Source: Alphaproteobacteria bacterium (GTDB lineage: Bacteria > Pseudomonadota > Alphaproteobacteria > MPNO01 > UBA830). Taken from it: 64,000 nt of DNA. Each line of letters opens with the position of its first letter. The first letter of the stretch is position 1. The stretch lies in NCBI GenBank assembly GCA_964291215.2, contig OZ219791.1, positions 736,001 through 800,000 on the forward strand. The letters are read 5' to 3'. This document shows, piece by piece, positions 1 to 10,578 of the stretch. The notes beneath the pieces are model-generated. The model searched no databases, was not told the origin of the DNA, and saw only the letters and a program-made list of their open reading frames with translations. The position numbers and the translations under genes are program-made.

Positions 1-253
1 ACGCCGTCCCGGGAAGCAGTCAATCCCTGCAGGGGTTCATACACCAATGCAAACGGCTGCTCATGCGTGCCCTTCGGCGACGCTCCCAAAAGGACTTCAC
101 CGGGGACATAGACACCCTTGCCGCCGCCCACTGGCCCAAAGCCAGCATCCGTGGCCAAACCAGCGCCTTGTCGTCAGGGGAGGAGCCGGATGCGAACAGC
201 GCATGTCCGGTTCTGTGCGGGGGGACCGGGGCAACCCGGTTCCCTACCGCAAT
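1..253 (+). mobile_element. Group II intron, 3' end (maturase C-terminus remnant plus domains V/VI)
   Basis: Domain V-like GAGCCGGATGCG...GTCCGGTTCTGTGCGGGGGG and a domain VI hairpin ending CCCTACCGCAAT; near-identical to 23160-23232. Confidence 0.85.
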
Positions 254-1573
254 GTGCGCCAGGCAAACTGGTGGAATGTGGCCGGGTGCAAGTCCCGAGA
301 GAGGCTAACCACCACTTTCTCCGTGAACCATGCGTCGTGAGGCGAAGCGTTGGGGAGCGGCAGGCCAGGCTATTGAGCCACGAGATGCTTTGAAACCGGA
401 GTGCCGAGGTCGTGGCCGAAGGCAACGAGCCGCGTTGGTGAGGGGGGCTCCGCGGGGTCCGAGAACCATGGCCGAAGCAGGGACCTGGGAGGTCTTGCCC
501 CTCTGTCGTGGAGGGGCCGCAGAGGAAATTCCGTAAGCCGATGATGAACGAGAAGTCAGATTCGGCCATAGTACCGCTGAAGGCGGCGAACAAGGGCTCT
601 CCGGAGCCTGCGGAGTTGCTGGAGGGAAGGGCAATGCGGTTGGCCCGCGCCGCGCGCAGAAGCGGGGGTCACAGGCGGCAGGTAGCGAAGAGGAACCCGG
701 AAGAGCGTCTTTACTCCACCACGTGATGTTCTGCGTTCCATTCCTTGAGGAAGGATGCGGCGGCGGGGCGTTGTGTGGCAAACGTACGGGGTGGAACTGC
801 CTGCACGCCCGTGTGCACAGGGGCGGGCGCCTCCAGGGTCTACATTCCCAAGGAGGGGCAACTTGCCTCGGACAAGATTCTTCAGCGGGCGGTGTGATTC
901 TGGTGCCGCGAAACGGAGTTCCTCGGTTCCGGCCGGGGCGCATCATGCGCCGTCACGGTGGAACGGCGGAAGGTCAACTGGATCGTTGACGCCCCTTCGA
1001 CAACCGCGACCATCTGGTTGCGATGCTCGGGAAACGGATCGGGGGGTCTGATCATCAAGTGACGCCGGCGTCATGGAAGGGACCGACTGGCAAGGGAACA
1101 CCGCAAGGGGCGGCGCCCTGCCTTGCGAACCTGCACTACGTGCGACTGGTTCCAGAACCACTGGCGCAAGCGGGACACGATCATTATGCGGACGACTTCG
1201 TGTGCGGCTTTCAGCATCTGGGCGGCGCTGGGACCTTGGGGAGAGACTGGCCCACTTGAACTGCACCCGGAAAATCATCGAGTTCGGTCGGTTTGCCAGA
1301 GCGAACCGCCGGAAGCGTGGGCAAAACGTTCGACTTCCTCGGCATGACGCACTTCTGCGAACAGACGAGGAAAGGCAGGTTCAGGGTCGGTCGCAAACGG
1401 GCACCCTGCGGCGGATCAAGGAGGCCTTGCGCAAGCGGTGGCACGACAACCGGCACGAAACGGCCAAGTGGTGAGTTATCAACGGCTGCTACTACGCCGT
1501 TCCAGGAAGCAGCCTGCAGAAGTTCATACACCAATGCAAACAGCTGCGTGCCCTTCGGCGACGCTCCCAAAAG

Positions 1574-3117
1574 GTAACTGCTCACCCCCTGGTTCCGGCT
1601 TGATGTCGGGGTAGAGCAACGAACGGGTTTTCGTGGAGATTTGACACTGTAGGCCGATTCGTTTAGTGGTGGTAATCGAGAACGACGGGGACCGCCAGTG
1701 AGCTACTTTGGATCGAAGGCGACGAGCGGGCTGTGCCAGCTGCTTCCGGGGCTCCAGCCTCCGCATGATCTGTATGTGGAAACGCACCTCGGAAGCGGCG
1801 CGCTGATGAAGCGCAAGGCGGAGTACCGGAAGATGCCGCCGGGTGAGCGCCAGGCAATGCTCGCAACGATCATGACCGTCGAGGCCGGGTGATGGCGACG
1901 GGCGGCGCGCGAGGAGTTCGAAGCGGCCAAGACCGCGGCGCTGCCGGCAAGGTGCCGAAAGAGGCCGTGATCCGCGTCTTCGTCATCCTGCTCGACATCC
2001 TCATCGTCGTCCTTCTGGAGAAGACTACACGCAAAACGAGCCGGAACTCCGGTCTGCCGCCGTCACAGACGGACAAGAGCGCGAGGCATGCCGGGAGCAA
2101 CGGCAAGGGCCCGAAGCCGAACCGGCAGATGGGCGACAACCTGCGCAAGACCATCGTCGAGGAGACGGTCGCGGCCTGCGACGCCTGCGGCGCCGACGGC
2201 CCCGTCGATCGGGAGCGCCGCACGACATCGTGTTCGAGGTCGTGCTGCGTCGACGCCGAGGAATGCCCGAAGTGCAAGGCCCGGTTCCCCGACAACATCC
2301 CGTGCAGTACGGCATCCAAGCCCTCGTCCCTGCTGGTCGCCCAGATGCTGTCCCTGCGCCGTCGCGCTCGTGCAGGCGATCTCCGGCATCAAGCTCTCCG
2401 AGGCCTCGGCCATGCTTTCACGATGCGCCATGGGAGGAGGCCGCCGTGGCGCACCTCCTGCAACGCCCGATGTCGACGATTTCGGATCAACGGCAAGTGG
2501 CTCTATGTCGTCGGGACGTGCAAGTTCCCGCACCGCAAGCGCGGGCAAGAGATCGGCCCGTGCTACAAGGGCGTCCTGGGCCTCGTACATGGCAGTGTAG
2601 CCACCAGTTGTGCGGCAGCCACCTGCTGCGCGAACTGACCTTTGTCGTCGAGGCTACCGCGCGACTGATGAAGAGCCTGCTCCGCGAGGTCTGCCACAAG
2701 ATCAACAAGAGCGCATCGAAGACCCTGAACGACGCCGGGCGCAAGCGCTACCGCACCATCAGGGCGCCAGGGAACTGCCCGACATTCCGACGAAAGGAAA
2801 ACGTGGAAGCAAGTCCGACGCGCACAACCTGCACGAACGTCTCGTGAAACACGAAAACCTGCGCTTCACAGACGACCCTGATGTCAGCTTCACCAACAAT
2901 GCCGGAGAACAGAAGATCAGGATGGCAAAGGTCAAGGTGTCCGGATGCTTCCGCTCCACGCAAAAGCATGGTGCCGGGGCTCAAGCTACCCCACCTCCAT
3001 GGCCGCACTCGGCTACAACCCACTCGTCGCCACCCAGATCGCCCTCGACGGAAAAGCCGCAGACATCATCAACGAGCACCACGACCAATCAGAACCCAAC
3101 TAGGGGTGAGTAGATAC
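1574..3117 (+). mobile_element. IS66-family element (degenerate), copy 1
   Basis: Terminal IRs GTAACTGCTCACCCC and GGGGTGAGTAGATAC; 8-bp TSD CCCAAAAG at 1566-1573 and 3118-3125; TnpC remnants (NSGLPPS, QLCGSHLLREL, FTNNAGEQKIR, KVSGCFR). Confidence 0.9.
1698..1892 (+). pseudogene. Internally deleted Dam/D12-like DNA adenine methyltransferase carried in IS66
   Basis: N-terminus YFGSK...PPHDLYVETHLGSGALM resembles the motif X/motif I region of D12-class MTases; no DPPY region. Confidence 0.55.
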
Positions 3118-3273
3118 CCCAAAAGGACTTCACCGGGGACACAGACAACCTCACCGCTGCCCACTGAGCCAGCATCCGTGGCCAAACCAGCGCCTTGTCG
3201 TCAGGGGAGGAGCGAACAGCGCACGTCCGGTTCTGTGCGGGGGGACCGGGGTAACCCGGTTCCCTACCGCGAT

Positions 3274-4545
3274 GGTTGTCTATGAAGCGCAGGTTTTCGT
3301 GTTTCACGAGACGTTCGTGCAGGTTGTGCGCGTCGGACTTGCGTCCACGTTTTCCTTTCGTCGGGATGTCGGGCAGTTCCCTGGCGCCCTGATGGTGCGG
3401 TAGCGCTTGTGCACGGCCCGGCGTCGTTCAGGGTCTTGGATGCGCTCTTGTTGATCTTGTGGCAGACTTCGCGGAGCAGGCTCTTCATCAGTCGCGCGGT
3501 AGCCTCGACGACAAAGGTCAGTTCGCGCAGCAGGTGGCTACCGCACAGCTGGTGGCTACACTGGCCCATGTACGAGGCCCAGGACGCCCTTGTAGCACGG
3601 GATGATGCCGATCTCTTGCCTCCCGGCCGCGCTTGCGGTGCGGGAACTTGCACGTCAGGGTCCCACGACATGGAGCCACTTGCTATTGATCCGAAATCGT
3701 CGACATCGGGCGTTGCAGGAGGTGCGCCACGGTGGCCTCCTCCCATGACGCATCGTGAAAGCATAGCCGAGGCCTCGGAGAGCTTGATGCCGGAGATCGC
3801 CTGCACGAGCGGCACGGCGCAGAGACAGCATCTGGGCGACCAGCAGGGACGAGGGCCTGGATGCCGTACTGCACGGGATGTTGTCGGGGAACCGGCCTTT
3901 GCACTTCGGGCATTCCTCGGCGTCGACGCGGCACGACCTCGAACACGATGTCGTGCGGCGCTCCCGATCGACGCCGTCGATGTCGGCGCCGCAGGCGTCG
4001 CAGGCCGCGACCGTCTCCTCGACGATGGTCTTGCGCAGGTTGTCGCCCATCTGCTGGTTCGGCTTCGGGCCGTTGCTCCCGGCACGCTCTTGTCCGTCTG
4101 TGACGGCGGCAGACCGGAGTTCCGGCTCGTGCGTGGTCTTCTCCAGAAGGACGACGATGAGGATGTCGAGCAGGATGACGAAGATGCGGATCACGGCCTC
4201 TTTCGGCACCTTGCCGGCAGCGCCGCGGTCTTGGCCGCTTCGAACTCCTCGCGCGCCGCCCGTCGCCATCACCCGGCCTCGACGGTCATGATCGTCGCGA
4301 GCATCGCCAGGCGCTCGCCCGGCGGCATCTTCCGGTACTCCGCCGCCCGGCCTTGCGCTTCATCAGCGCGCCGCCTCCGATGGCACAGCCCGCTCGTCGC
4401 CTTCGATCCAAAGTAGCTCACTGCCGGTCCCCGTCGTTCTCGATAACCACCACTAAACGAATCGGCCTGCAGTGTCAAATCTCCACGAAAACCCGTTCGT
4501 TGCTCTACCCCGACATCAAGCCGGAACCAAGGGGTGAGCAGTTAC
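3274..4545 (-). mobile_element. IS66-family element copy 2, cut by the group II intron at 3273/3274
   Basis: Reverse-complement homology to 1574-2877; end IR GGGGTGAGCAGTTAC at 4531-4545. Confidence 0.88.
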
Positions 4546-5163
4546 GAGATTTTTTTGCAATTTTCGCTGACGTTCTTGCACGGAAGTTGTCATGGTGCGG
4601 GGATGTCGGTTCGCAAGAACATCGCTTCCTGTCCGATTCACGTGGCAGCTCCGGAAGGGTCTGTCCGTGCATCCATGTTGCTTGGCAAGGTTTTTGCGGG
4701 TGTCCGCGGTGATGTTTTCTGTGGTTGTCCACAAGCGGTGTGGGGTTCCGCCTTGCCCTGCGAGCGAGGCGACATGAAGCTTGTGCTCCCGGCGGCGGGT
4801 TGCCGTCCATTGGTCACGTGACCGGTGAGCGCGGCTACCTTGCCGTCCAGCGTCCCCGGGCATGGTAACGTGACAGTCCGGGTTCCAGGTGTCCCGTCCA
4901 CAAGGCGGTTCGATCTCCTCGATGTCGGCCTCGACGATGATCTGCAGACATTCTCCCCAAGCCGTGTCGTAGAGGGAGACTGTTGAGACAGTCCCGATAG
5001 TGCTCCTGCACCGCACCGAGCCACCGCATCGCACCAGCGTTGCGCACGGGAATGACGGTCGCAGGGCTTTCGGTGGTGGGAGATGAGGGGCCTTGCGGCG
5101 TTCCCGATCGCGGCGCTGCTTCTCGGCAGGGGTGAGGGCCATGAGGGTGTCTCCTTCGCTCAC

Positions 5164-5947
5164 TCACCGTGCCGGTGCTTCAGGCGCCCAGCAACGCTGC
5201 TGTCGCAGCAAGGTGTTCGCCAGCACGTTGCGCATCACGGCGACGATCGCAACCTTGTGGGCCTTGCCGGCGGTCTTGAGGCGCTCGAACACCAGGTCCG
5301 CGTTGAAGCGTGCCGCCGAGGTTGCGGCCATGAACAGGAGATCACGTGGCCTTCGGCGCCCGCCACGGATGTGCCGAGCACCGTGGTGCTGGCCGCTGTC
5401 GTTGGCCATCGGCGCCACCTCGATCAAGGCTGCCGCCTGCCGACGCTGCCGAGTTCGGGCATCCAGCAAAGAAGGGCTGCGGCGGTCACCGGACCGAGGT
5501 CAGGATGGCGTAGCTCTGCTCGGGATCACCGGCGATCACCGCTTTGATCGCCGCGCCGGCGGTCATCGAGATCGGCCGCCGAGGCCCTTGTGACGGTCTC
5601 GCCATCCACCTCATCTGCCACGCGTCGACAAGCGCGGCACCAGGAGATCCTCCAGGCTCTTGAGGAAGGCGGAGCCACAGGCTCAAGATCGCCCAGCCGA
5701 TCTTGGCGTCGACGCGGTTGGCGCCTCGGCGAAGCGCCCGCAACGGGTTGACGAGAATAACCTCGAAGCCCCGGTCATGAAGACACTGGTGAACCTTGCG
5801 GTGATAGCGGCCTGTCGCCCACCACCCGGCTCACCCCGAGGCCGCGAAGCCACCTGCTCAGCGCCCGCCAGCTCGTGGCGTCGTTCGCAAAACAATGCGC
5901 CAGATGTCCAGACTGGCCTTGCTGACCCCTGCTACTACCTTGATCAT
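5164..5947 (-). pseudogene. IS110-family transposase remnant
   Basis: N-terminal VAGV-SKASLD (GxDVSK-like); C-terminal VAPMANDSGQHHGARHIRGGR...GKAHKVAIVAVMR; multiple frameshifts. Confidence 0.8.
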
Positions 5948-6236
5948 CGTCCCTCTTGCTCTTCGCCTTACGATGATACGGGTTCAAACCCAAGCATCCA
6001 TTCAGGACGCGAGGGACGTCAAGGGAAGTTGGCCGACCAAACTCGGACGCGGCTCTGTCAAGGTCGAAACGGCAACCTCCGCGGAGATCGTTTGATCCCC
6101 GCTCCCCTGTGCGTGTTCGTTCAGGGGAGCGGAATCTCTCTGTAACCATAGACCGGACGCTCTCCCACAGTCGGAGTTGTCCACATTTTCCCGCCCCCAA
6201 CCGCTGTGGATGATTGCATCATCAAAGGGACAAAAC

Positions 6237-8675
6237 CTAGTGTTATGTCAGCAATGATATGTCGTACATTTGGTGCTAGACTGTCCGTCCATTCGGGATG
6301 GAGGTCGGAGTATGAAACGCTACGTGGTGACCCTGGACTAGTAGTCTGACATTATTGTATTAATGGATATAGAGACTTCAGTTTCGTCCGGGTATCCTTC
6401 GTCGTGAAACGCCAGTCGACAGTGACATCGGCCGCATTGCGGCGCTCGACCCACGCCACGGTCTCCCGCAGCATGGTGTCGCGGTCGGGGATGCGTTGCC
6501 GAAGGCACTGCCGCGACAGCGCACCGATCTCGATTTCGGCCATGTTGAGCCAGCTTCCGTGCTTCGGCGTGTAGCGAAACTCGAACCGCTTTCGTACCCG
6601 CCTCGCCTCCTCGGGCTCGAAGGCTTCATACAGTGACTGTGCGTGTTCAGATTATCCATGACCAGCACGATCTTCCTGTCGGGGAAATGGTCGTTGGCAA
6701 GCTCCCGGATGAAGTGCGCCCAGTCCCGCGGCGGTCGGTGACTTTCACCGTGCGCCAGTTCTCGTTGGGCGCAAAGGCCATGAAGAGGTTGGCCGTACCG
6801 TTGCGCTCATATTCATAGTCGACCACCTCCGGCTGACCGGGGGATGCGGGTTTCCTGCTGCCGGCTGGTTTCGCACACCAGCACCTCGTCCCCGGCAAAC
6901 TCCCGCTGATAAATGTCAAGCACATCCTCCATCGCCGCCACGAACTGTGCGCTCCGGTGCGGTGGAATGCACCAGTACTGCTTCAGCCACGGCTTGATCT
7001 CTTTTTTTTAGCGTCTTCCTGACCGTCTCTTCTGAAATGCGCTCGACAATCTCCATCTCCACCAGACGGCCGGCAAGCAGCTTCAGCGTCCAGCGCGCAC
7101 AGCCCTCGGGCGGGGACGAACAGGCCAGGGCGATCAGCTTCGCCTCCATCGCCCCGTCCAGCCGTTTTGGCCGGCGGTTCACCTGCTCCTTGCGGCTGAG
7201 GGCGGCGTCCAGCCCCTCCAGGACGCAGCGCTTGCGCAAACGCTCAATCGTCGCCGTGCCGATGCCCAGCCCTTGCGCAATGTCGGCATCGACAAGCCGA
7301 GCGCCGTCGCGCCCCTCGTCGGCCAGCATCAGGACCTGTGCCCGGCGCCGACGCCAGGCGGCCCCGGTGCCGTCGACGATCGCCTTCAAATCCTGGCGCT
7401 CCTGCGCCGAAAGGGTCACGCGGTAGAGCTTCCTGCCCCGAGAGTTGGCCATATACGTTGCTCCTGTCATTGCGCCGCTCCCGTTGTCCGGACCTGCACA
7501 TGGGGCTGCGGCTGCCTGCCTGTTCGGTATCTTGCCCGTGTGGATATCGGCACTGTCCGGATTCCAACAGATGCCGACACAGGAATACTACCCACCAAAA
7601 ACCATCAATACAATGCCGGTGGACTACTAGGCGGAACGGAAAGAACTTTCGGAGATCACGACCAAGGGCTCGCATCTGTCGCAAAAGGTAATCAACGCCC
7701 TGCTCAACTGCGACGAGGGCGCGTTCAATGAATGCCAGATGACCGGGAAGGTCATTGCCAAGATTCTGCGCATCAGCATGCGCAAAGTAGACCGGGTGAA
7801 AAAGCGTTTCGTTGAAGAGGGGTTGGGGGCGGCATTGGGTGGCCGGCAAGGACGCCGTCCTACCTACATGCGAAAAGCCGACGGCACCTTCGAGGCGCGC
7901 TTGGTGGCCCTGAGTTGTGGTGAACCGCCCGAGGGTCACGCGCAATGGTCGTTGCGGCTGCTGGCCGACCGCGTTGTCGAGCTTGGTTACACCGTGTCAC
8001 ACGAGACGGTGCGGCGTGTTCTAAAAAAAACTGCCTCAAGCCATGGCAGCGGGTGGGTGATTCCTCCTCAAGGGAACGCCGACTTCGCCGCAGCGAAGGT
8101 GCTCGATGTCTATCGCCGCCCCGCCGCCTTCCCCGTGGTCTGCATGGACGAAACGCCCCGACCGGCGAGACACGGCAACCGATCGCCATGGCGCCGGGAC
8201 GGCCAGCGCGTAACGACTACGAGTATCGACGTTGCGGCACCTGCAACGTCTTCACGGAACCCCTGGCCGGCAAGCGCATGACCAAGGTAACCGAGCGCAA
8301 GATCGACTGGGCGCAGTTCCTGGCCGACATCGCCGAGCGCTACCAGGATGCTACCACCATCACCCTGGTGATGGACAATCTCAACACTCCCCGGCGCCCT
8401 CTACGAGGCCTACCCGCCGGACGAGGCCTTGTGGGACCGCTTCGAGTTCGTCTACACCCCCAAGCACGGCAGTTGGCTGAACGTGGTCGAACTCAACGTC
8501 ATGATCCGCCAGTGCCTGAACCGCCGCATCGACTTCATCGAGGTGCTACGCCGGGAAGTCGCCGCCTGGCAGGCGACCGCATCCAGGCCAAGGTGGATTG
8601 GCAGTTCACCACCGACGATGCCCGCGTGAAACTCAAACGCCTTTATCCAACATTTGACGAATGACAAGACACTAG
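6237..8675 (+). mobile_element. IS630-family element A (degenerate), disrupted by element B
   Basis: CTAG-bounded IRs CTAGTGTTATGTCA and TGACAAGACACTAG; MKRYVVTL start; A8 slippery tract near 8023; MDET, VMDNLNT and YTPKHGSWLN motifs. Confidence 0.85.
6338..7630 (-). mobile_element. IS630-family element B nested in element A
   Basis: IRs CTAGTAGTC and GACTACTAG; HTH ORF 6916-7470; A8 frameshift tract near 7002-7009; DDE fragments 6352-6925. Confidence 0.85.
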
Positions 8676-8721
8676 TCATATAAGGGTCTCTTGGCACCTC
8701 ATGGTCTGGCCCGGAAGCAGA

Positions 8722-9204
8722 TCAGCTTTGCGTAAGTCGGGTCAATCCGCTCACTATGGTGGACAATAGTAACTTTTGAACGAAAGGTGTCCGAAGTAGA
8801 TATCCAATCACTGCACCGGAGATTACACTCAAACCAATCCCTATCGCCACAGGAGTCAATGGATCCACAAACGATAGGCTATCACTTATAGCGTAGAACC
8901 AAGCAATCGGCATCGCTAAACCGATGAGCACATGCACAGCTCGCACGGTTCGCTTAACAAGAAGAGCTAGTCTGCGAATCCTTTTTTCTGTTTCAGCTAA
9001 GTGCGAGAACAAAACGGTTTGTCCTAATGCGGGCCGCGCCACGAAAACGGTTATGTCGCCGTCCAATTGTATCGTGGACTGAATTGCGATGGAGCCCGGC
9101 GCCTCCGCGGATTCAATGACCAAGCCTCCGCGGCAAAGCAGAGCAGCCAAATCCGCGAAGACCGAACACTCTTTTCGCAGATTCGATTCTATGTCTGTTG
9201 TCAC
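8722..9204 (-). CDS. Hypothetical membrane protein (paralogue 3; two C-terminal TM helices)
   Basis: Intact 160-aa ORF; hydrophobic segments at about aa 90-110 and 118-138; QSTIQLDGDI motif. Confidence 0.75.
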   Translation of the reverse strand: MTTDIESNLRKECSVFADLAALLCRGGLVIESAEAPGSIAIQSTIQLDGDITVFVARPALGQTVLFSHLAETEKRIRRLALLVKRTVRAVHVLIGLAMPIAWFYAISDSLSFVDPLTPVAIGIGLSVISGAVIGYLLRTPFVQKLLLSTIVSGLTRLTQS

Positions 9205-9222
9205 GAGCGTCCTAGTGCACTA

Positions 9223-10002
9223 TTACCGCCGAGCGATCAGCCTCGCGAACGCGCCGGTCATTGATACAAGAGTCTCGGCAATCAGTTTCCACATGCGTGT
9301 TCCTGACACGATGCCTTCACGATGGAAATCGAGAAGGACAGCCATTTCTTTGGGCTCCAATCCACTTTGGATCCGATTGATCACGTCTCCCGACAAGGAC
9401 ACGGTGCTCTGCATAACTACTTCCTCCACTCCAATGTCCCAGATTTTGCGAAGGAGGGACATTTCATCAGGGTGAAGGTTTGGTTGGGGATGGCGCCCGA
9501 GAGTCGTCTCTCGATCAAGCAGTTCTCGACGGTTGCAACCTAGAAAATTGTCATTTGAGTTGCGACGCGAACGAGGTCGCTTTTTCAAATTCCTCAGCAA
9601 CCCACGAACTTGATCAGAATTGCGCCTGATCCTCTCGACGATAACTCGATCACGATCTTTGAGATCCAGATAATCTTCTAGGATACGGTAGGCAGCGCGG
9701 CGGAGACGCTGAAACGTATAATCATCGCATCTAAGGGTGCCCCGCTCCACCCTTTCTTGCTGCCAGTGTTGTACATGTACAATGTCTCCCTCTGGTGGAT
9801 TCTGTTCAACGAACGGTGTAGCAAGCGGGATTTTCAAGTCGACCTGCAGCTTGTCGGTGTAGGTCGCAGCAATATCGAGAATCGCATGTCCAGGCGGTGG
9901 CATCTTACGCGCCGTCATGCTGTGCTTAACGATTGTGTTGATCTCGAGCGTCGTTAGATCTCGGGCGGTCAGTTTCAAGCTCTCCCGGACACTCGTCATC
10001 AC
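9223..10002 (-). CDS. Hypothetical protein (paralogue 2)
   Basis: 259-aa ORF with GAGG RBS; DLTTLEINTIV and QSTVSLSGDV...FH motifs. Confidence 0.8.
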   Translation of the reverse strand: MMTSVRESLKLTARDLTTLEINTIVKHSMTARKMPPPGHAILDIAATYTDKLQVDLKIPLATPFVEQNPPEGDIVHVQHWQQERVERGTLRCDDYTFQRLRRAAYRILEDYLDLKDRDRVIVERIRRNSDQVRGLLRNLKKRPRSRRNSNDNFLGCNRRELLDRETTLGRHPQPNLHPDEMSLLRKIWDIGVEEVVMQSTVSLSGDVINRIQSGLEPKEMAVLLDFHREGIVSGTRMWKLIAETLVSMTGAFARLIARR

Positions 10003-10048
10003 ACTCGTTTCCCTCGCCTAGCCAACCCCGCCGGGTAGCCAACCGAAG

Positions 10049-10375
10049 CTACCCGATATTGCGCAACTGTTTTACAAGGTCGACGATGACTTCGACGTTG
10101 CCCTTAACGATTGCCTGGCCCTTCTCAACCTGGCTCGCGTGAAATCCCCGGATGGGATGCAGTTCCTCGTCCCTCAGGAAGGCCTCGTTGAACGAGTTGC
10201 TGATATCGCCTTGGACCAAGTCGATCTTCGTCTTGATCTCCTTTGGCTCGTTGCCGATTACCGTAGTGGTGATCTCGAGTGTCATGAGATTGACGGCGGC
10301 TTGCTTCAAGTGATCGAGGATTTCCTGCCATCCTCCACCAGCCGCGGTGCCGCCTACCTCTCCGTCGTTTGCCAT
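10049..10375 (-). CDS. Hypothetical protein (paralogue 1)
   Basis: 108-aa ORF with GAGG RBS; NLMTLEITTTV and KTKIDLVQGDI...FH motifs. Confidence 0.8.
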   Translation of the reverse strand: MANDGEVGGTAAGGGWQEILDHLKQAAVNLMTLEITTTVIGNEPKEIKTKIDLVQGDISNSFNEAFLRDEELHPIRGFHASQVEKGQAIVKGNVEVIVDLVKQLRNIG

Positions 10376-10578
10376 TCTTCTGCCCTCTTGCTTCGAACAC
10401 GATTATATTGAAACCTAGCGTGATGGTGCCGCTACTACAAGATGTAGCGTGCGTTTCCAGAGTCCACAAAGGATATGGTGGCAGCGACCGGCAGATCAAG
10501 AGGCCAAACGGCTAGATGCCCAGCATGGTCTGGGCCAGCCGACGGCAATCGACGAGAGGGAGAGGGGACGAGCGTTGA

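Larger units (their letters stand above)
254..3273 (+). mobile_element. Degenerate group II intron with frameshifted RT/maturase, interrupted by IS66
   Basis: Starts GTGCGCCAGG; YADD codons near 1185; FDFLG motif; ends CCCTACCGCGAT at 3273. Confidence 0.85.
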
